A stretch of 25,140 nt of DNA from a virus. Taxonomy: Duplodnaviria; Caudoviricetes. The notes under the pieces are model-generated. The model did not search any database. It saw nothing but the letters and a program-made list of their open reading frames with translations, and was not told the DNA's origin. The translations under genes and the position numbers were made by a program. Location: positions 1-25,140 of the IMG/VR virus record IMGVR_UViG_3300020042_004075, one strand, 5' to 3'. Positions 14,920 through 24,596 of this stretch are shown piece after piece; within the stretch, counting starts at the first letter, position 1, and each line of letters starts with the position of its first letter.

Positions 14920-15217
14920 TTGTTTCCTCCAAGATGATTACGTGCGTAGCATCTGGACAAGACCAGGTGCAAGTATCTTCATCAAAGACCACGCTGTCGT
15001 GGCACTCTGGCTTAGGTGCAATGAAGGCATCGCGGGTTGCATCGTATGTGTAACCGATACCTGCGTAGTTCTTGCGGATGTTCCCGTTGTAACTGGTCTT
15101 AACCCAGGTACCACCGAGTGAGTTCATAAAGGCTTCGCCTTCATCTGGCTCGCTGTTATCGCCTACGAGTACTCGCAAGACAATGTTGTTCTCGTCTATC
15201 TCTGCCCAATGTGACAT
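14912..15217 (-). CDS. putative tail fibre accessory/chaperone
   Basis: HWAEIDENNIVLRV...WVKTSYN...RKNYAGIGYTYD..RDAFIAPKP; follows the glycine-rich genes. Confidence 0.6.
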   Translation of the reverse strand: MSHWAEIDENNIVLRVLVGDNSEPDEGEAFMNSLGGTWVKTSYNGNIRKNYAGIGYTYDATRDAFIAPKPECHDSVVFDEDTCTWSCPDATHVIILEETNG

Positions 15218-15229
15218 TTTATTTCTCCT

Positions 15230-16555
15230 TTATGCTGCTGGGTATCTAATAATAACAATTCCTGAACCACCGTTGCCACCTAAATAAGAGTTGGTAACGG
15301 AGCCACCTCCACCACCACCACCACCACGATTTGCAGTTCCATTTTGGGCAATAGTTGCACCAGATGCTCCATTACCACCACCACCTGTACCGCCTGCTGC
15401 GCCACTTAAATAATTGCTTCCACCACCACCGCCACCTGCGTAGGTAATTGATGTTCCCGTGAGAGTGTTTGCTAAACCATTTCCACCAGCACCAGCAACA
15501 CCATTGCCACCATTTGTGCCAGCGGCTCCTGCTCCACCACCACCGCCGCCACCTGAAGTAGTAGCACCGCCGCCATAACCACTGCCGCCTGCGTTTCCTT
15601 GACCTGATGGCGAAGCTGCGCCACCTGCAGAAATAACTCCTACGGTTCCATCTGTTCCACCACCGCCACCAGAACCACCTGCGCCACCTGGTTGAAATGC
15701 ACCACCACGCTGTCCACCATAACCGCCACCTGTGGATGTGATAGAACTAAATACAGAGTTAGAGCCATTAGTTCCAGGCGTAGCGGCTCCACTGCCACCA
15801 GCACCAACTGTGATTGGCAATGAAGTTAAACTTGCAACAGATAAACCACTGCCTGTTTTGAATCCACCACCACCGCCGCCACCACCAATATCAGCAAGCG
15901 AAGCGCCACCGCCACCTGCAACTACCAAGTAGTCACAAATAAGTCCTGTTTGCGGGGTAAAGGTTCCTGATGAAGTAAAGGTGTGAATCCAGTAAGTGCC
16001 GTCAAAGTCAATGATGTTTCCACCGCTAGCCTTTGGCGCAACGGTAGGTGTAGTGCCAAGGGCAGCTACGCCGTACAAGGAGAAGGTTGAGTTGGCTACT
16101 AGTGTTGTATTTAAGTGAGTCAATGTAATTGATGTGATAGCAGCAGTTGTAGTTGAAAGACAAGCAAGCATAAACAATTCACCAGCAGTACCGTTTGTTT
16201 CAAGAGCAGTATCTACTGAGAAAGACTTTTGGTTGCTGGATCTATAGTTTGGAATATAGATTTCTGAATTAGAAAATGTATTAGCAGTCATTGAACTTGT
16301 ATCAACGTGCAATGAATAAGCATCAGTTCCAGAAAGAGATGATGCAGAAGAACCATTGCCATAGATACGTCGCCAAGAGTAACCAGTAGTAACTCCATTA
16401 AACTCTATCTTTACTGGACTATCGGTTCCTGAAGTTCTACCACTTACAACAATCTTCAAATCCGTATAACCAGTCTGCGGAATATTGGCAAAGGTTACCG
16501 AAGTAGCAGAAGCGTTAAGTTCAGTGCGTTCGAGTAGGACATAGTTATTTGGCAT
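15230..16555 (-). CDS. glycine-rich virion protein (beta domain + polyglycine domain)
   Basis: N-domain ending SLYGV; C-domain YLVVAGGGG...GGSGIVIIRY. Confidence 0.75.
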   Translation of the reverse strand: MPNNYVLLERTELNASATSVTFANIPQTGYTDLKIVVSGRTSGTDSPVKIEFNGVTTGYSWRRIYGNGSSASSLSGTDAYSLHVDTSSMTANTFSNSEIYIPNYRSSNQKSFSVDTALETNGTAGELFMLACLSTTTAAITSITLTHLNTTLVANSTFSLYGVAALGTTPTVAPKASGGNIIDFDGTYWIHTFTSSGTFTPQTGLICDYLVVAGGGGASLADIGGGGGGGGFKTGSGLSVASLTSLPITVGAGGSGAATPGTNGSNSVFSSITSTGGGYGGQRGGAFQPGGAGGSGGGGGTDGTVGVISAGGAASPSGQGNAGGSGYGGGATTSGGGGGGGAGAAGTNGGNGVAGAGGNGLANTLTGTSITYAGGGGGGSNYLSGAAGGTGGGGNGASGATIAQNGTANRGGGGGGGGSVTNSYLGGNGGSGIVIIRYPAA

Positions 16556-16564
16556 TATCTCCCC

Positions 16565-17740
16565 TTACGCCTTCAAGTAACGAACAATTACTAGACCTGA
16601 TCCACCGTTGCCGCCAGTTCCACCACCGCCACCACCACCGCCACCGCCACCGCCACGATTTGCAGTTGCTGGGCTAGGAGTTCCATTACCGTTTTGCCCT
16701 GTTGCACCGCCGCCTAAACCACCAGGACCACCGCACGAACCACCACCGCCACCACCACCAAGATAGTAACTTCCACCTGAAAGTTGTCCTGCTCCTGTAG
16801 CAGCACTCCAAGTGCTATAAGTAGCAGTTCCTATACCACCAGTTGAACCACTGGCAGAACCGCCAGCACCAGGACCACCTGTACAACCAGTTTGGTTTGT
16901 TCCAGCGGTACCACCTGACGATGTATATGTTGAGTTAAAAGTAGATGAGCCACCAGCAGTAGCATTTGATGTAGGAACATCTCCTGAGCCATTGCCACCA
17001 GCTCCAACCGTTGCGGTATATCCAGTAGCAGTTAAAGAAATTCCACTATTCAAAACAGGTGTTGAACCACCACCACCACGAGCAGAAGTGTTATTCCAAG
17101 AAGTTCCACCACCACCACCGCCGCCAACTGTTAATATATCAGCGGTAATTGACTGCTTAGGAGTAAATGTTCCAGATGATAAGAAGGTGTGGTAATAATA
17201 AGTTGCATCGGAAGTAATAATACCGCCAGTTGCTTTAGCTGCTGCTTCTTGAGAGGCTATGCCATAAAGTGAGAGAGTTGTTCCGTTTCCGTAAAAATTT
17301 GCCCCTGCCGCAAAAACAGTTAAAGAAGTAATAGCCGCAGTATTACGCCAAAGTCCAGCAATCGCGGAAACTCCATAGCTTGGTGCGCCCGATGTTCTTC
17401 CTAAACCAGTCTTAAAAGTTGTCGTGTTTGCATAGTTAAAAATATGACTTATAGATACTCCTCGACCTGTATCTAAATTAGGCAATCCCATACTCGTATC
17501 GTTAGAGGCTCGGCCACTGCTGACGGAAGATCCGTTTCCATATAAATATGTTCTTGAATAATTAGCGCCAGTGTCACCGTTAAAACGAATTGGAAAATCA
17601 ATATTTGCTCCAGTGGAAGTGCCTTCAATAACTAAAATTAAATCGGTATAACTTTGTGAAATAGAACTGAAAGTTACAGTGTTAGTGCTTGTTCCGCTGA
17701 TGGTTACTTTGTCCAGCGCTACGTAAGTATTAGTTGCCAT
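16565..17740 (-). CDS. glycine-rich virion protein, paralog
   Basis: Same two-domain layout (SLYGI; GGSGLVIVRY). Confidence 0.75.
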   Translation of the reverse strand: MATNTYVALDKVTISGTSTNTVTFSSISQSYTDLILVIEGTSTGANIDFPIRFNGDTGANYSRTYLYGNGSSVSSGRASNDTSMGLPNLDTGRGVSISHIFNYANTTTFKTGLGRTSGAPSYGVSAIAGLWRNTAAITSLTVFAAGANFYGNGTTLSLYGIASQEAAAKATGGIITSDATYYYHTFLSSGTFTPKQSITADILTVGGGGGGGTSWNNTSARGGGGSTPVLNSGISLTATGYTATVGAGGNGSGDVPTSNATAGGSSTFNSTYTSSGGTAGTNQTGCTGGPGAGGSASGSTGGIGTATYSTWSAATGAGQLSGGSYYLGGGGGGGSCGGPGGLGGGATGQNGNGTPSPATANRGGGGGGGGGGGGTGGNGGSGLVIVRYLKA

Positions 17741-18310
17741 TTAGTTTATCCCATACAGTGCGAAGGATGAGTATTGAACGAATGATTGGCTAGATGGGGC
17801 AGTAAATGTAATTGAAGTTACCGCAGCAGTATTGCGCCAAGCACCAGATGCCAACGCCATAAGGCCAGAACCGTTTGCGTCATATCCAGTTAATGCTCTT
17901 ATTGTTGTAAATTTATTAGTATCTGTATAATCTAAAATGTCAATTACTCCAGCCCCAAAAACGGATGCAGTTACTCCACCAAAAGGTGCATCGGGTCCCC
18001 ACATATAATTAGTATTGGCATTTCCTTGTGCGCCAGTTGCGCTGCCAGTTCCATAGAGAAGGTGATAATTGTAATTTGTAGATGTATCTGAGTTTAAGGT
18101 AACTAATGCGCCGCCTTCATTTGTACCAGACCCACTGTATCTGCTTATTGCTCTAATCTGCAAATGTTTGTAAGTGCTAGGAATACCAGTAAAGGTTATC
18201 GTTGATACTGCAGTTGATCCAACCGTTACTGTAGCCAAAGAGTCGTAGGCTCCTGCTGGTTGCCAAAGGTTGGCAGACATTGCCGAAGCCATAATTCCTA
18301 GAATTGGCAC
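17741..18310 (-). CDS. virion protein, stand-alone copy of the beta domain
   Basis: FTGIPSTYKHLQ...LYGTG...WRNTAAVTSIT...ALYGI. Confidence 0.75.
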   Translation of the reverse strand: MPILGIMASAMSANLWQPAGAYDSLATVTVGSTAVSTITFTGIPSTYKHLQIRAISRYSGSGTNEGGALVTLNSDTSTNYNYHLLYGTGSATGAQGNANTNYMWGPDAPFGGVTASVFGAGVIDILDYTDTNKFTTIRALTGYDANGSGLMALASGAWRNTAAVTSITFTAPSSQSFVQYSSFALYGIN

Positions 18311-19146
18311 TAGAAAGTCACCGTTCCTGTTCCTGCTGTAAATTCATAAACTCTATAACCACTGCGTGTTGGTTGTGTATAAGTCAGACCAACGCTAATT
18401 GATGTAAGAGGTGGATAAATATCTTGGTAAGCAATGATTACAATTCCAGAACCACCAGGTTGACCAGATACGCTACGTCCACAGCCGCCACCGCCACCAG
18501 TATTTATGCCACCTGCTTGTGGGTTATCGTTGGTAGAAGTTCCACCGTTACCTCCACCACCTGTGCCACCTGTGGCAACTGTTGTACTTGATGATGCACG
18601 ACCAGCTCCACCGCCACCACCTCTAGTGGTTGCAGTTCCATTGATTGAAGATGTTAAACCGTTGCCACCTTGACCGCCTGTATCACCGCTAGCACCTGAA
18701 GCACCAGCAGCACCAGCACCACCACCGCCACCTGACCAAGAGTTTGATGAACCACCAGCGTTACCTTGTCCTGCTGGAGAGGCAGCGCCACCAGTGAAAG
18801 TGTTATATCCAGCACCACCGCCTGAACCGCCAGCGCCACCATTGCTGCCTGATCCACCATTACCACCACCGGCTGCAGTGATAGAAGAAAAGACTGAAGC
18901 ATTACCAACAGCGCCTGCTCCTCCGCCTGCGCCAACAGTTACAGTTAATGGACTGCCTTCTGTTACAGCAAATGCAGTAGAAGTTAAATAACCACCAGCA
19001 CCACCACCGCCTTGAGAGCTGCTTGCACCAGCACCGCCACCACCTGCGACAACTAGGTACTCAACAGTAGGAGTAACTAATCTTCCAGAAGTAAAGCCGT
19101 AAGCCTTTGCAGACAAGCCGCCTCTTGATCCAAGTATTGGTGACAT
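18310..19146 (-). CDS. glycine-rich virion protein, stand-alone polyglycine domain
   Basis: VEYLVVAGGGG...GGSGIVIIAY...YRVYEFTAGTG. Confidence 0.75.
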   Translation of the reverse strand: MSPILGSRGGLSAKAYGFTSGRLVTPTVEYLVVAGGGGAGASSSQGGGGAGGYLTSTAFAVTEGSPLTVTVGAGGGAGAVGNASVFSSITAAGGGNGGSGSNGGAGGSGGGAGYNTFTGGAASPAGQGNAGGSSNSWSGGGGGAGAAGASGASGDTGGQGGNGLTSSINGTATTRGGGGGAGRASSSTTVATGGTGGGGNGGTSTNDNPQAGGINTGGGGGCGRSVSGQPGGSGIVIIAYQDIYPPLTSISVGLTYTQPTRSGYRVYEFTAGTGTVTF

Positions 19147-19155
19147 TGTTTCCCC

Positions 19156-20118
19156 TTATGCAAATTTTGTTTGTGAACCAAGGACTGTGTAAGTTGGAGT
19201 TGCTGCTGTCTTAATAATATTTAACGAGTAAGCATCAATAGATGAAGCGTTACCAGCACTAGGTGCAGTTCCGCCTTGCCACTTTGGAGTAACGGCAACA
19301 CCATCTATCTGATAGACAGTTGGGTAGTATGCAGTTGTACCGTTGGTGTTAAGGAATACAACAGTGATTGCATCACCCACAGCTAGCATTGAACTGAGTG
19401 TGGCACCTGAACTGCCTCGAATATTCAAGGTCCAGTTAGCAGTAGCGTTGGTTGTGTAGTACAAGACGCTCTGAGTAATAGCGTCAAAGTTAATTGTGCC
19501 AGTTGCTGCTGTAGCAGATACCGTTGTGCGTTCTTCTGGCGATATAAGGATACTGTTAGTACTTGTACCACCGGTAATTGTTGGAGTAGCCAAGGTGCCA
19601 GTATTGATTGTTGGGCTAGTAAGAATCTTGTTAGTTAGCGTATCGCTAGTTGCCTTACCTACCAAGGTGTCAGTTGCAGCAGGTAGCGTTAGCGTTGTAC
19701 TGCCAGCTACTGCAGTTGCCTGCACTGTGGTAGTTCCAGATGTAGATCCGCTAAATGCAAAGGATGATACAGGTGAGGCATTGTTACGGAAGAAGATTAA
19801 ATCAGATGAGGTAAGCACGTGCTTGATGGTTGCGCCAGCAGTATGTGATAGACCAGATACTCCAGCAGTTCCTGTGCCAGCCTGACCTCGACTGATGGTG
19901 AGTGTGTCACCAGATACGTTTGTTACAAAGACGATCTCTTCGTTGACCGTATCTACATCTAGTGCAACGGTGAAGATATCTACGTTTCCTGCAGCTAATG
20001 TAATACCACCCATTAAGGCTGTAGCAGTACCAGTTGCTACTGTTAGAGTAGTAGCAGTTGTATTGATACCACTGGCAAGCGTTGTCTCAACGCTAATACT
20101 TGAATATTGTCTAGTCAT
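19156..20118 (-). CDS. tail fibre/spike protein
   Basis: Thr/Ala/Gly-rich; TLTLPAATDTLVG, TLTNKILTSP, KWQGGTAP. Confidence 0.7.
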   Translation of the reverse strand: MTRQYSSISVETTLASGINTTATTLTVATGTATALMGGITLAAGNVDIFTVALDVDTVNEEIVFVTNVSGDTLTISRGQAGTGTAGVSGLSHTAGATIKHVLTSSDLIFFRNNASPVSSFAFSGSTSGTTTVQATAVAGSTTLTLPAATDTLVGKATSDTLTNKILTSPTINTGTLATPTITGGTSTNSILISPEERTTVSATAATGTINFDAITQSVLYYTTNATANWTLNIRGSSGATLSSMLAVGDAITVVFLNTNGTTAYYPTVYQIDGVAVTPKWQGGTAPSAGNASSIDAYSLNIIKTAATPTYTVLGSQTKFA

Positions 20119-20127
20119 TTATCTGCC

Positions 20128-21024
20128 TTACTTGGTGTAGTGGATGCGGATTGGATACTTGTCTTGAAGTTTAAGCGCTTCGTCATTGAGTCTTTGTTGG
20201 AACAAAGCGTAGATATAACGAGATGATGCAACGCCTGCTGTGCTTGGAATCTTGGTATCGTTGAGATCAGCCTCTGCTGAACTTAGGTTGATACGACCAG
20301 CATCTACATAAGATAGCAACTTGTAGCAGGCTCCGAGGATTACTACCTCAACAGATGAACTAGGTAGTCCTGTTACGTCTGCATAGTCATCTGTGTTGTT
20401 ATCTAAAGTATTAGGAGTAGTTGTGTAGTACACCTGTACTGTTCGTCCAGGCTGGATGTTCTCGTAGATATTTACTGTGTTTGTTGTATTAAATGTTGCA
20501 ATGTTTGCCATTGGGTCTGCACGCCAACGGTTGATAGGTAGCCATTCAAGGCTAGAACCAGTTGTCTGCCAAGACATATAAAGGATTGATTCAACATCAT
20601 CTGGCAGGGTATATGTTGTCTGGCTTGCATTAAAGGTAAAGGTAGTTGAAGCAACAGACCAGAGCTTAGGATAGAGGCTATTGATTACATCGTTGATAGC
20701 CTTCTTAATCATTGATCGTGGAAAGGTTGGACTAAGAGTTACTTGAGCATATTGTGCGTGTGGTGAGGCTGGCGTGTTCTGGTAGCCTCGACCAAATCCT
20801 GGAGCTGCATTAAGTGTGCTGCTTGCTTGGCTAAAGTTATCAATCCAGATAAGTTCATCATCAATTTCAATGATGCCCTTGGCTAGGTTAGAGCTTGAGC
20901 CAATAGTTATAGCAGTAGCAGTAGATGTTATAGCACTATCTAGGTAGGTTATTCTATCTTGGCGCAGGGTATAACCTGCTAGAGATGAGCGAACCTCATC
21001 TATCATATCGCTAAGTGTTGGCAT
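20128..21024 (-). CDS. tail adaptor / tail tubular protein A-like
   Basis: TLSDMIDEVR, AINDVIN..YP, TYTLP; position after head genes. Confidence 0.6.
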   Translation of the reverse strand: MPTLSDMIDEVRSSLAGYTLRQDRITYLDSAITSTATAITIGSSSNLAKGIIEIDDELIWIDNFSQASSTLNAAPGFGRGYQNTPASPHAQYAQVTLSPTFPRSMIKKAINDVINSLYPKLWSVASTTFTFNASQTTYTLPDDVESILYMSWQTTGSSLEWLPINRWRADPMANIATFNTTNTVNIYENIQPGRTVQVYYTTTPNTLDNNTDDYADVTGLPSSSVEVVILGACYKLLSYVDAGRINLSSAEADLNDTKIPSTAGVASSRYIYALFQQRLNDEALKLQDKYPIRIHYTK

Positions 21025-22085
21025 TATTTCCTCTCATACCAGCCATCTCCCCATAGAGTTAGCAGTCTTGCAAAGTATTGCTCGTATTGTGGTGCAATAG
21101 CATCTAATGAATACAACGCTACTGCTCTCTTATGTATTGCTACTGGGTCTAAATCCTTGACCCATTCTGTTGCTACTGCAAACTCCATTGCATTTCTGCA
21201 ACGGTATCCAGTTACTCCATTGGGGTTAGTCTCTGTGAAGGCTCCCCAGTCTGTGGTAATTGTCGGAGTTCCGCAGGCTTGCGCCTCGATCACCACATTA
21301 CCGAAAGGTTCTATGTAAAGCGTTGGAGCAAATAGGGCAATAGCACCGCCCATTAACTTTGCTCGTTCTTCTGGACCAACCGGTCCTACCCATTCACCAT
21401 ATTCAATCTTTGGGTTATTGCCTGGGCCTGCCATAATTAACTTAACGCCTAGCTCTTTGCAGACGTGTTGTGCTACAACTAAACCTTTACGATCTACCAT
21501 ACGTCCTACGTATAGGTAGTAATCTTCCTTCTTCTCCTGTAGCGGAAACATCTCTGGTTCTAAGTAACCAGGTATTACCGCATCATAGAAGTTACCATCT
21601 ACCATAGTAGGGTTCTTAAAAGCAGCATAGATGCTGTGCATCCAAGCGTAAGACTCAAAGACTTTGTACTGACTAAATACTCCGCCATAGCCAACGCCGA
21701 ACTCTACGCTCATATAGTCTGGATAAGCATCTGCGATAGGCTTCTGTGAAGAGCCACCGATAAGACAGATAAAATCTTTCTTCTGTAGACGCTTGCCTAG
21801 TTGAATGATGGCGTTACTATTAAAGATCTGCCAGTGAGGTAGTGAATTATCAAAGGCAGCTTCGGTGTAGTGCTTACCGTCAAGTGCTTCATCCTGCTGT
21901 TCTTTAGTGATGCAGGTGATGAGTTCATCAACCGGTGCTTCGTTATCTTCTCCAGCATAGAGGTAGACCGTATGGCCTAGACTCTTCATCATTATACAAA
22001 AGCGCCTTACCTTTTCGGTATAAGCGCAGTTGACGTAATCTTTAGTTGTTTGTGTATGTGGCAGACTTATTACGTGGAATCTCAT
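21024..22085 (-). CDS. GT-B family 4 (group 1) glycosyltransferase
   Basis: YVGRMVDRKG, EPFGNVVIEAQACGTPTI (E-x7-E). Confidence 0.9.
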   Translation of the reverse strand: MRFHVISLPHTQTTKDYVNCAYTEKVRRFCIMMKSLGHTVYLYAGEDNEAPVDELITCITKEQQDEALDGKHYTEAAFDNSLPHWQIFNSNAIIQLGKRLQKKDFICLIGGSSQKPIADAYPDYMSVEFGVGYGGVFSQYKVFESYAWMHSIYAAFKNPTMVDGNFYDAVIPGYLEPEMFPLQEKKEDYYLYVGRMVDRKGLVVAQHVCKELGVKLIMAGPGNNPKIEYGEWVGPVGPEERAKLMGGAIALFAPTLYIEPFGNVVIEAQACGTPTITTDWGAFTETNPNGVTGYRCRNAMEFAVATEWVKDLDPVAIHKRAVALYSLDAIAPQYEQYFARLLTLWGDGWYERK

Positions 22086-22094
22086 AGTGCGAGA

Positions 22095-22940
22095 TTATAC
22101 TATGTCCCCAACGATCAAGAAGGTGTTGCTGGCCGTACAGATCACTGTGGCGGCAGACTTGTTAGTTCTCAACTTGGGAGCAGTTGTTGTTGCTCCCGTT
22201 GAAAGAATAGTTACTCCAGCACCTTGAGCAAAGCTCACCTGACCTGCTCCATATTGAACTACGTGGACTTGGTCATTAGCGCTAAAGACTGATGGTGGCA
22301 CTGTAAGGGTAATAGCAGCAGCGTTATTAAGAGTAACAATATCGCTAAGATCACCAATAACTAGCGTGTAAGAAGTACCAGTCTGAGTGTTAAACCCTGC
22401 GATGTTACCAACGCCAGTAGCACCAGTTGGTCCGGTAGGACCAGTTAAACCTGTAGGTCCTGTTGGGCCAGTGGCACCAACTGCACCAGCAGGTCCTGTA
22501 GCACCAGTGGCTCCAATGCCTCCTGTAGTACCCGTTGCTCCTACTGGTCCTGTAGCCCCGACAGGTCCTGTTGCACCTGTTGGACCTGGGACAGTACTGT
22601 CAGCACCAGTAGGGCCTGTGGCTCCTACGGGTCCTGTGGCTCCTGTAGGGCCTGGAACTGTACTGTCAGCACCTGTGGCACCTGTCGGTCCTGTGGCCCC
22701 TACAGGGCCTGTAGGACCCGTAGGACCAGGGACTGTGCTATCAGCACCAGTTGGTCCAGTAGCGCCTGTAGCACCTGCAGGACCAGTGGCACCTGTAAGT
22801 CCAGCAGGACCGGTTGGACCAGCAGCACCAGTAGGACCAGTTGGGCCTGTGGCTCCAGCAATACCTTGTGGACCTTGCTGTGCTGAGAATACTAAGGATT
22901 GGTTAGGTGTAATGGATTCAATAACTACATAAGTTGTCAC
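22095..22940 (-). CDS. collagen triple-helix repeat protein
   Basis: Long Gly-X-Y tract (GPT/GAT) followed by a globular C-terminal domain. Confidence 0.9.
   Translation of the reverse strand: MTTYVVIESITPNQSLVFSAQQGPQGIAGATGPTGPTGAAGPTGPAGLTGATGPAGATGATGPTGADSTVPGPTGPTGPVGATGPTGATGADSTVPGPTGATGPVGATGPTGADSTVPGPTGATGPVGATGPVGATGTTGGIGATGATGPAGAVGATGPTGPTGLTGPTGPTGATGVGNIAGFNTQTGTSYTLVIGDLSDIVTLNNAAAITLTVPPSVFSANDQVHVVQYGAGQVSFAQGAGVTILSTGATTTAPKLRTNKSAATVICTASNTFLIVGDIV
22407..22874 (-). repeat. Gly-X-Y coding repeat with three GADSTVP interruptions
   Basis: 9-nt periodicity; recurring gtactgtcagcacc / gtgctatcagcacc units. Confidence 0.85.
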
Positions 22941-23278
22941 AGTGTTACAGCCCCCGTTACGATAAATAAACCTTCAAGATATCTAGTGATAGTAGATCCG
23001 CTATTTAGTACTAAGTCATATGAATAACGACCAGGAACGATTGGCTCTGTAAGAGCTGCAGACAGGGTCACAGTCACAGTGCCTGTACCACCAGTAATGA
23101 CCATACGACCATTTTCAGTAGTGGCAGTGATAGTGGTAGTAGTTGACCCTACGAATGGGCGCACTGTCATAGTTCCGGTGTAACCAGTAAGGTTAATCGG
23201 AACAGCATCGTTGTTGATCGAGAATTGAAAATTAAATGTTGTTGCTTGTTCGCAGATTAGATTAAATTTAGCACTCAC
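22937..23278 (-). CDS. small beta-sandwich structural protein
   Basis: EQATTF...PINLTGYT...YSYDL...RYLEG.F.V; ATGA-coupled to the collagen gene. Confidence 0.65.
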   Translation of the reverse strand: MSAKFNLICEQATTFNFQFSINNDAVPINLTGYTGTMTVRPFVGSTTTTITATTENGRMVITGGTGTVTVTLSAALTEPIVPGRYSYDLVLNSGSTITRYLEGLFIVTGAVTL

Positions 23279-23559
23279 GTAGAGACTCCTCTAAGAGCTT
23301 GCGCTGCAGGTAGTTGAAAAGTACCAGCGATGAGGTTACATACGCCGCTATAGTCAAGGCGGTTAGCGCTAGTCGTCCCCGCAATCGCATTTAATACTCC
23401 TACTGTGTCTGTTAAGTTTGTACTTACTGAACGCTGGACAGCCCACTGGCGAGCAGCAAGTGCTTCATCTACCATCTCACCTGGTGCTCGATAGGTGCCA
23501 CCATTAGCAAGACGATTGAGTTCGTCTAATAGCGTTGTACCGTATTCTCCTAGTGCCAC
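23275..23559 (-). CDS. hypothetical structural protein
   Basis: GAGGAG RBS, GTG start; internal LNRLA/LNAIA/CNLIA repeat. Confidence 0.7.
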   Translation of the reverse strand: MALGEYGTTLLDELNRLANGGTYRAPGEMVDEALAARQWAVQRSVSTNLTDTVGVLNAIAGTTSANRLDYSGVCNLIAGTFQLPAAQALRGVST

Positions 23560-23570
23560 CTATATCTCCT

Positions 23571-23729
23571 CTACTTCTTCTTGCGTGATACTGCTGCGTT
23601 ATCAACCAAGTTTGGATATGGTCGTCCTGCTGCTTGAGCACGCTTCTTTGCTGCTGCCTTCTGTGCAGGCGTTAGCGCCTTTGATGTTTTCTTAGGATTC
23701 TTCTTATCCCAAAATGCTACTTTCTTCAT
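23571..23729 (-). CDS. small Lys/Ala-rich basic protein (52 aa)
   Basis: MKKVAFWDKKNP...AGRPYPNLVDN; ATGA coupling. Confidence 0.75.
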   Translation of the reverse strand: MKKVAFWDKKNPKKTSKALTPAQKAAAKKRAQAAGRPYPNLVDNAAVSRKKK

Positions 23730-24004
23730 TTACAACTACAATCCCAAGCACGAAGTGACTTGTTAATTCTTGAGTTCGGATCTTTAGCTGTCTTGCTAGA
23801 AGTATTCTTTGCCTTCATTCCACACATACGACCACAGAAAGACTTGCGCCGTCCTGCAGACTTAGGTGACTTGGCAGCCTCAGCCTTCTTGACCGGAGGC
23901 TTGAGATTCATCCCCTGCGCTTTGGCAGAGGCGCGACCCTTGGCATTAAGGCCACCCTTTGGGTTCTTGCCTTCTGCTCTTTGCCACGCTGGAGACTTAG
24001 CCAT
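23726..24004 (-). CDS. basic protein (DUF6321-like)
   Basis: GKNPKGGLNAKGR...RRKSFC.RM...KDPNSRINKSLRAWDC. Confidence 0.7.
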   Translation of the reverse strand: MAKSPAWQRAEGKNPKGGLNAKGRASAKAQGMNLKPPVKKAEAAKSPKSAGRRKSFCGRMCGMKAKNTSSKTAKDPNSRINKSLRAWDCSCK

Positions 24005-24177
24005 TACTTCTTCTTACCCATCTTCTTCTTAGACATCTTTGCTTGTGATAGTGCAATAGCAACTGCTTGCTTCTTGCCTGTAACTACTGGTCCTCTATTA
24101 GACCCAGAGTTTAGAGTTCCAGCCTTAAACTCTTTCATTACTTTGGCAATCTTGGCTTTCTTAGCTGCGTTGTTCAT
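24004..24177 (-). CDS. basic protein (57 aa, DUF6496-like)
   Basis: KVMKEFKAGTLNSGS..GPVVT.KKQAVAIALSQA; TAATG coupling at both ends. Confidence 0.75.
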   Translation of the reverse strand: MNNAAKKAKIAKVMKEFKAGTLNSGSNRGPVVTGKKQAVAIALSQAKMSKKKMGKKK

Positions 24178-24320
24178 TACTTGGCAGCCTTGCCCATTGC
24201 ACCTGTCTGGATTGATTCGTAGGTGCAGTACTTCATAGCACCTTCGTATTGCTTGTCAGGTGTTGGGTACTTTGTGATGTACTCGTCTGATTCCATTTCC
24301 ATCTTTGCGTAGTTTTCCAT
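24177..24320 (-). CDS. small hypothetical protein (47 aa)
   Basis: AAGGAG RBS; MENYAKMEMESDEY... Confidence 0.65.
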   Translation of the reverse strand: MENYAKMEMESDEYITKYPTPDKQYEGAMKYCTYESIQTGAMGKAAK

Positions 24321-24329
24321 TATTGCTCC

Positions 24330-24596
24330 TTAGTTTTTGAAGGTCATTGCAATTCCATCGAAAGCCTTACCAGCCTCGTTGGAAAGTTTAACTGCTGCAT
24401 CTATATCTTTAGACTTAGTAGAACGTGGTTCTATTCCTTGACGTGTTGCATCATAATAAGACTGTAGTTCTTTATCGTGCTGCTTAGCGGTAGGAATACC
24501 GTTAGCTCTCAGAGAGACTTCATTAACTTGTAAGCCTAGAACCTTGCAACCAAAGCAGGTTGCTACTGGTTCAGGATGATCTTCCCAATGCTTCAT
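24330..24596 (-). CDS. hypothetical protein with H-H-CxxC motif
   Basis: Start moved to ATG 24596 (ATGA overlap); HWEDHP....CFGCK. Confidence 0.7.
   Translation of the reverse strand: MKHWEDHPEPVATCFGCKVLGLQVNEVSLRANGIPTAKQHDKELQSYYDATRQGIEPRSTKSKDIDAAVKLSNEAGKAFDGIAMTFKN

Noticed and set aside
15230-19146. Diversity-generating retroelement acting on tail genes
   Set aside because: No reverse transcriptase in the window and no long near-identical TR/VR pair with adenine-specific mismatches; repeats are Gly-codon runs
15732-20140. Several Pro-rich or Val-rich + strand ORFs (15732, 16992, 18794, 19496, 19895)
   Set aside because: Antisense shadows of Gly/Thr-rich structural genes, no supporting RBS or motif noticed
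22387-22932. 181-aa Pro/Val-rich ORF on + strand
   Set aside because: Antisense shadow of the collagen repeat
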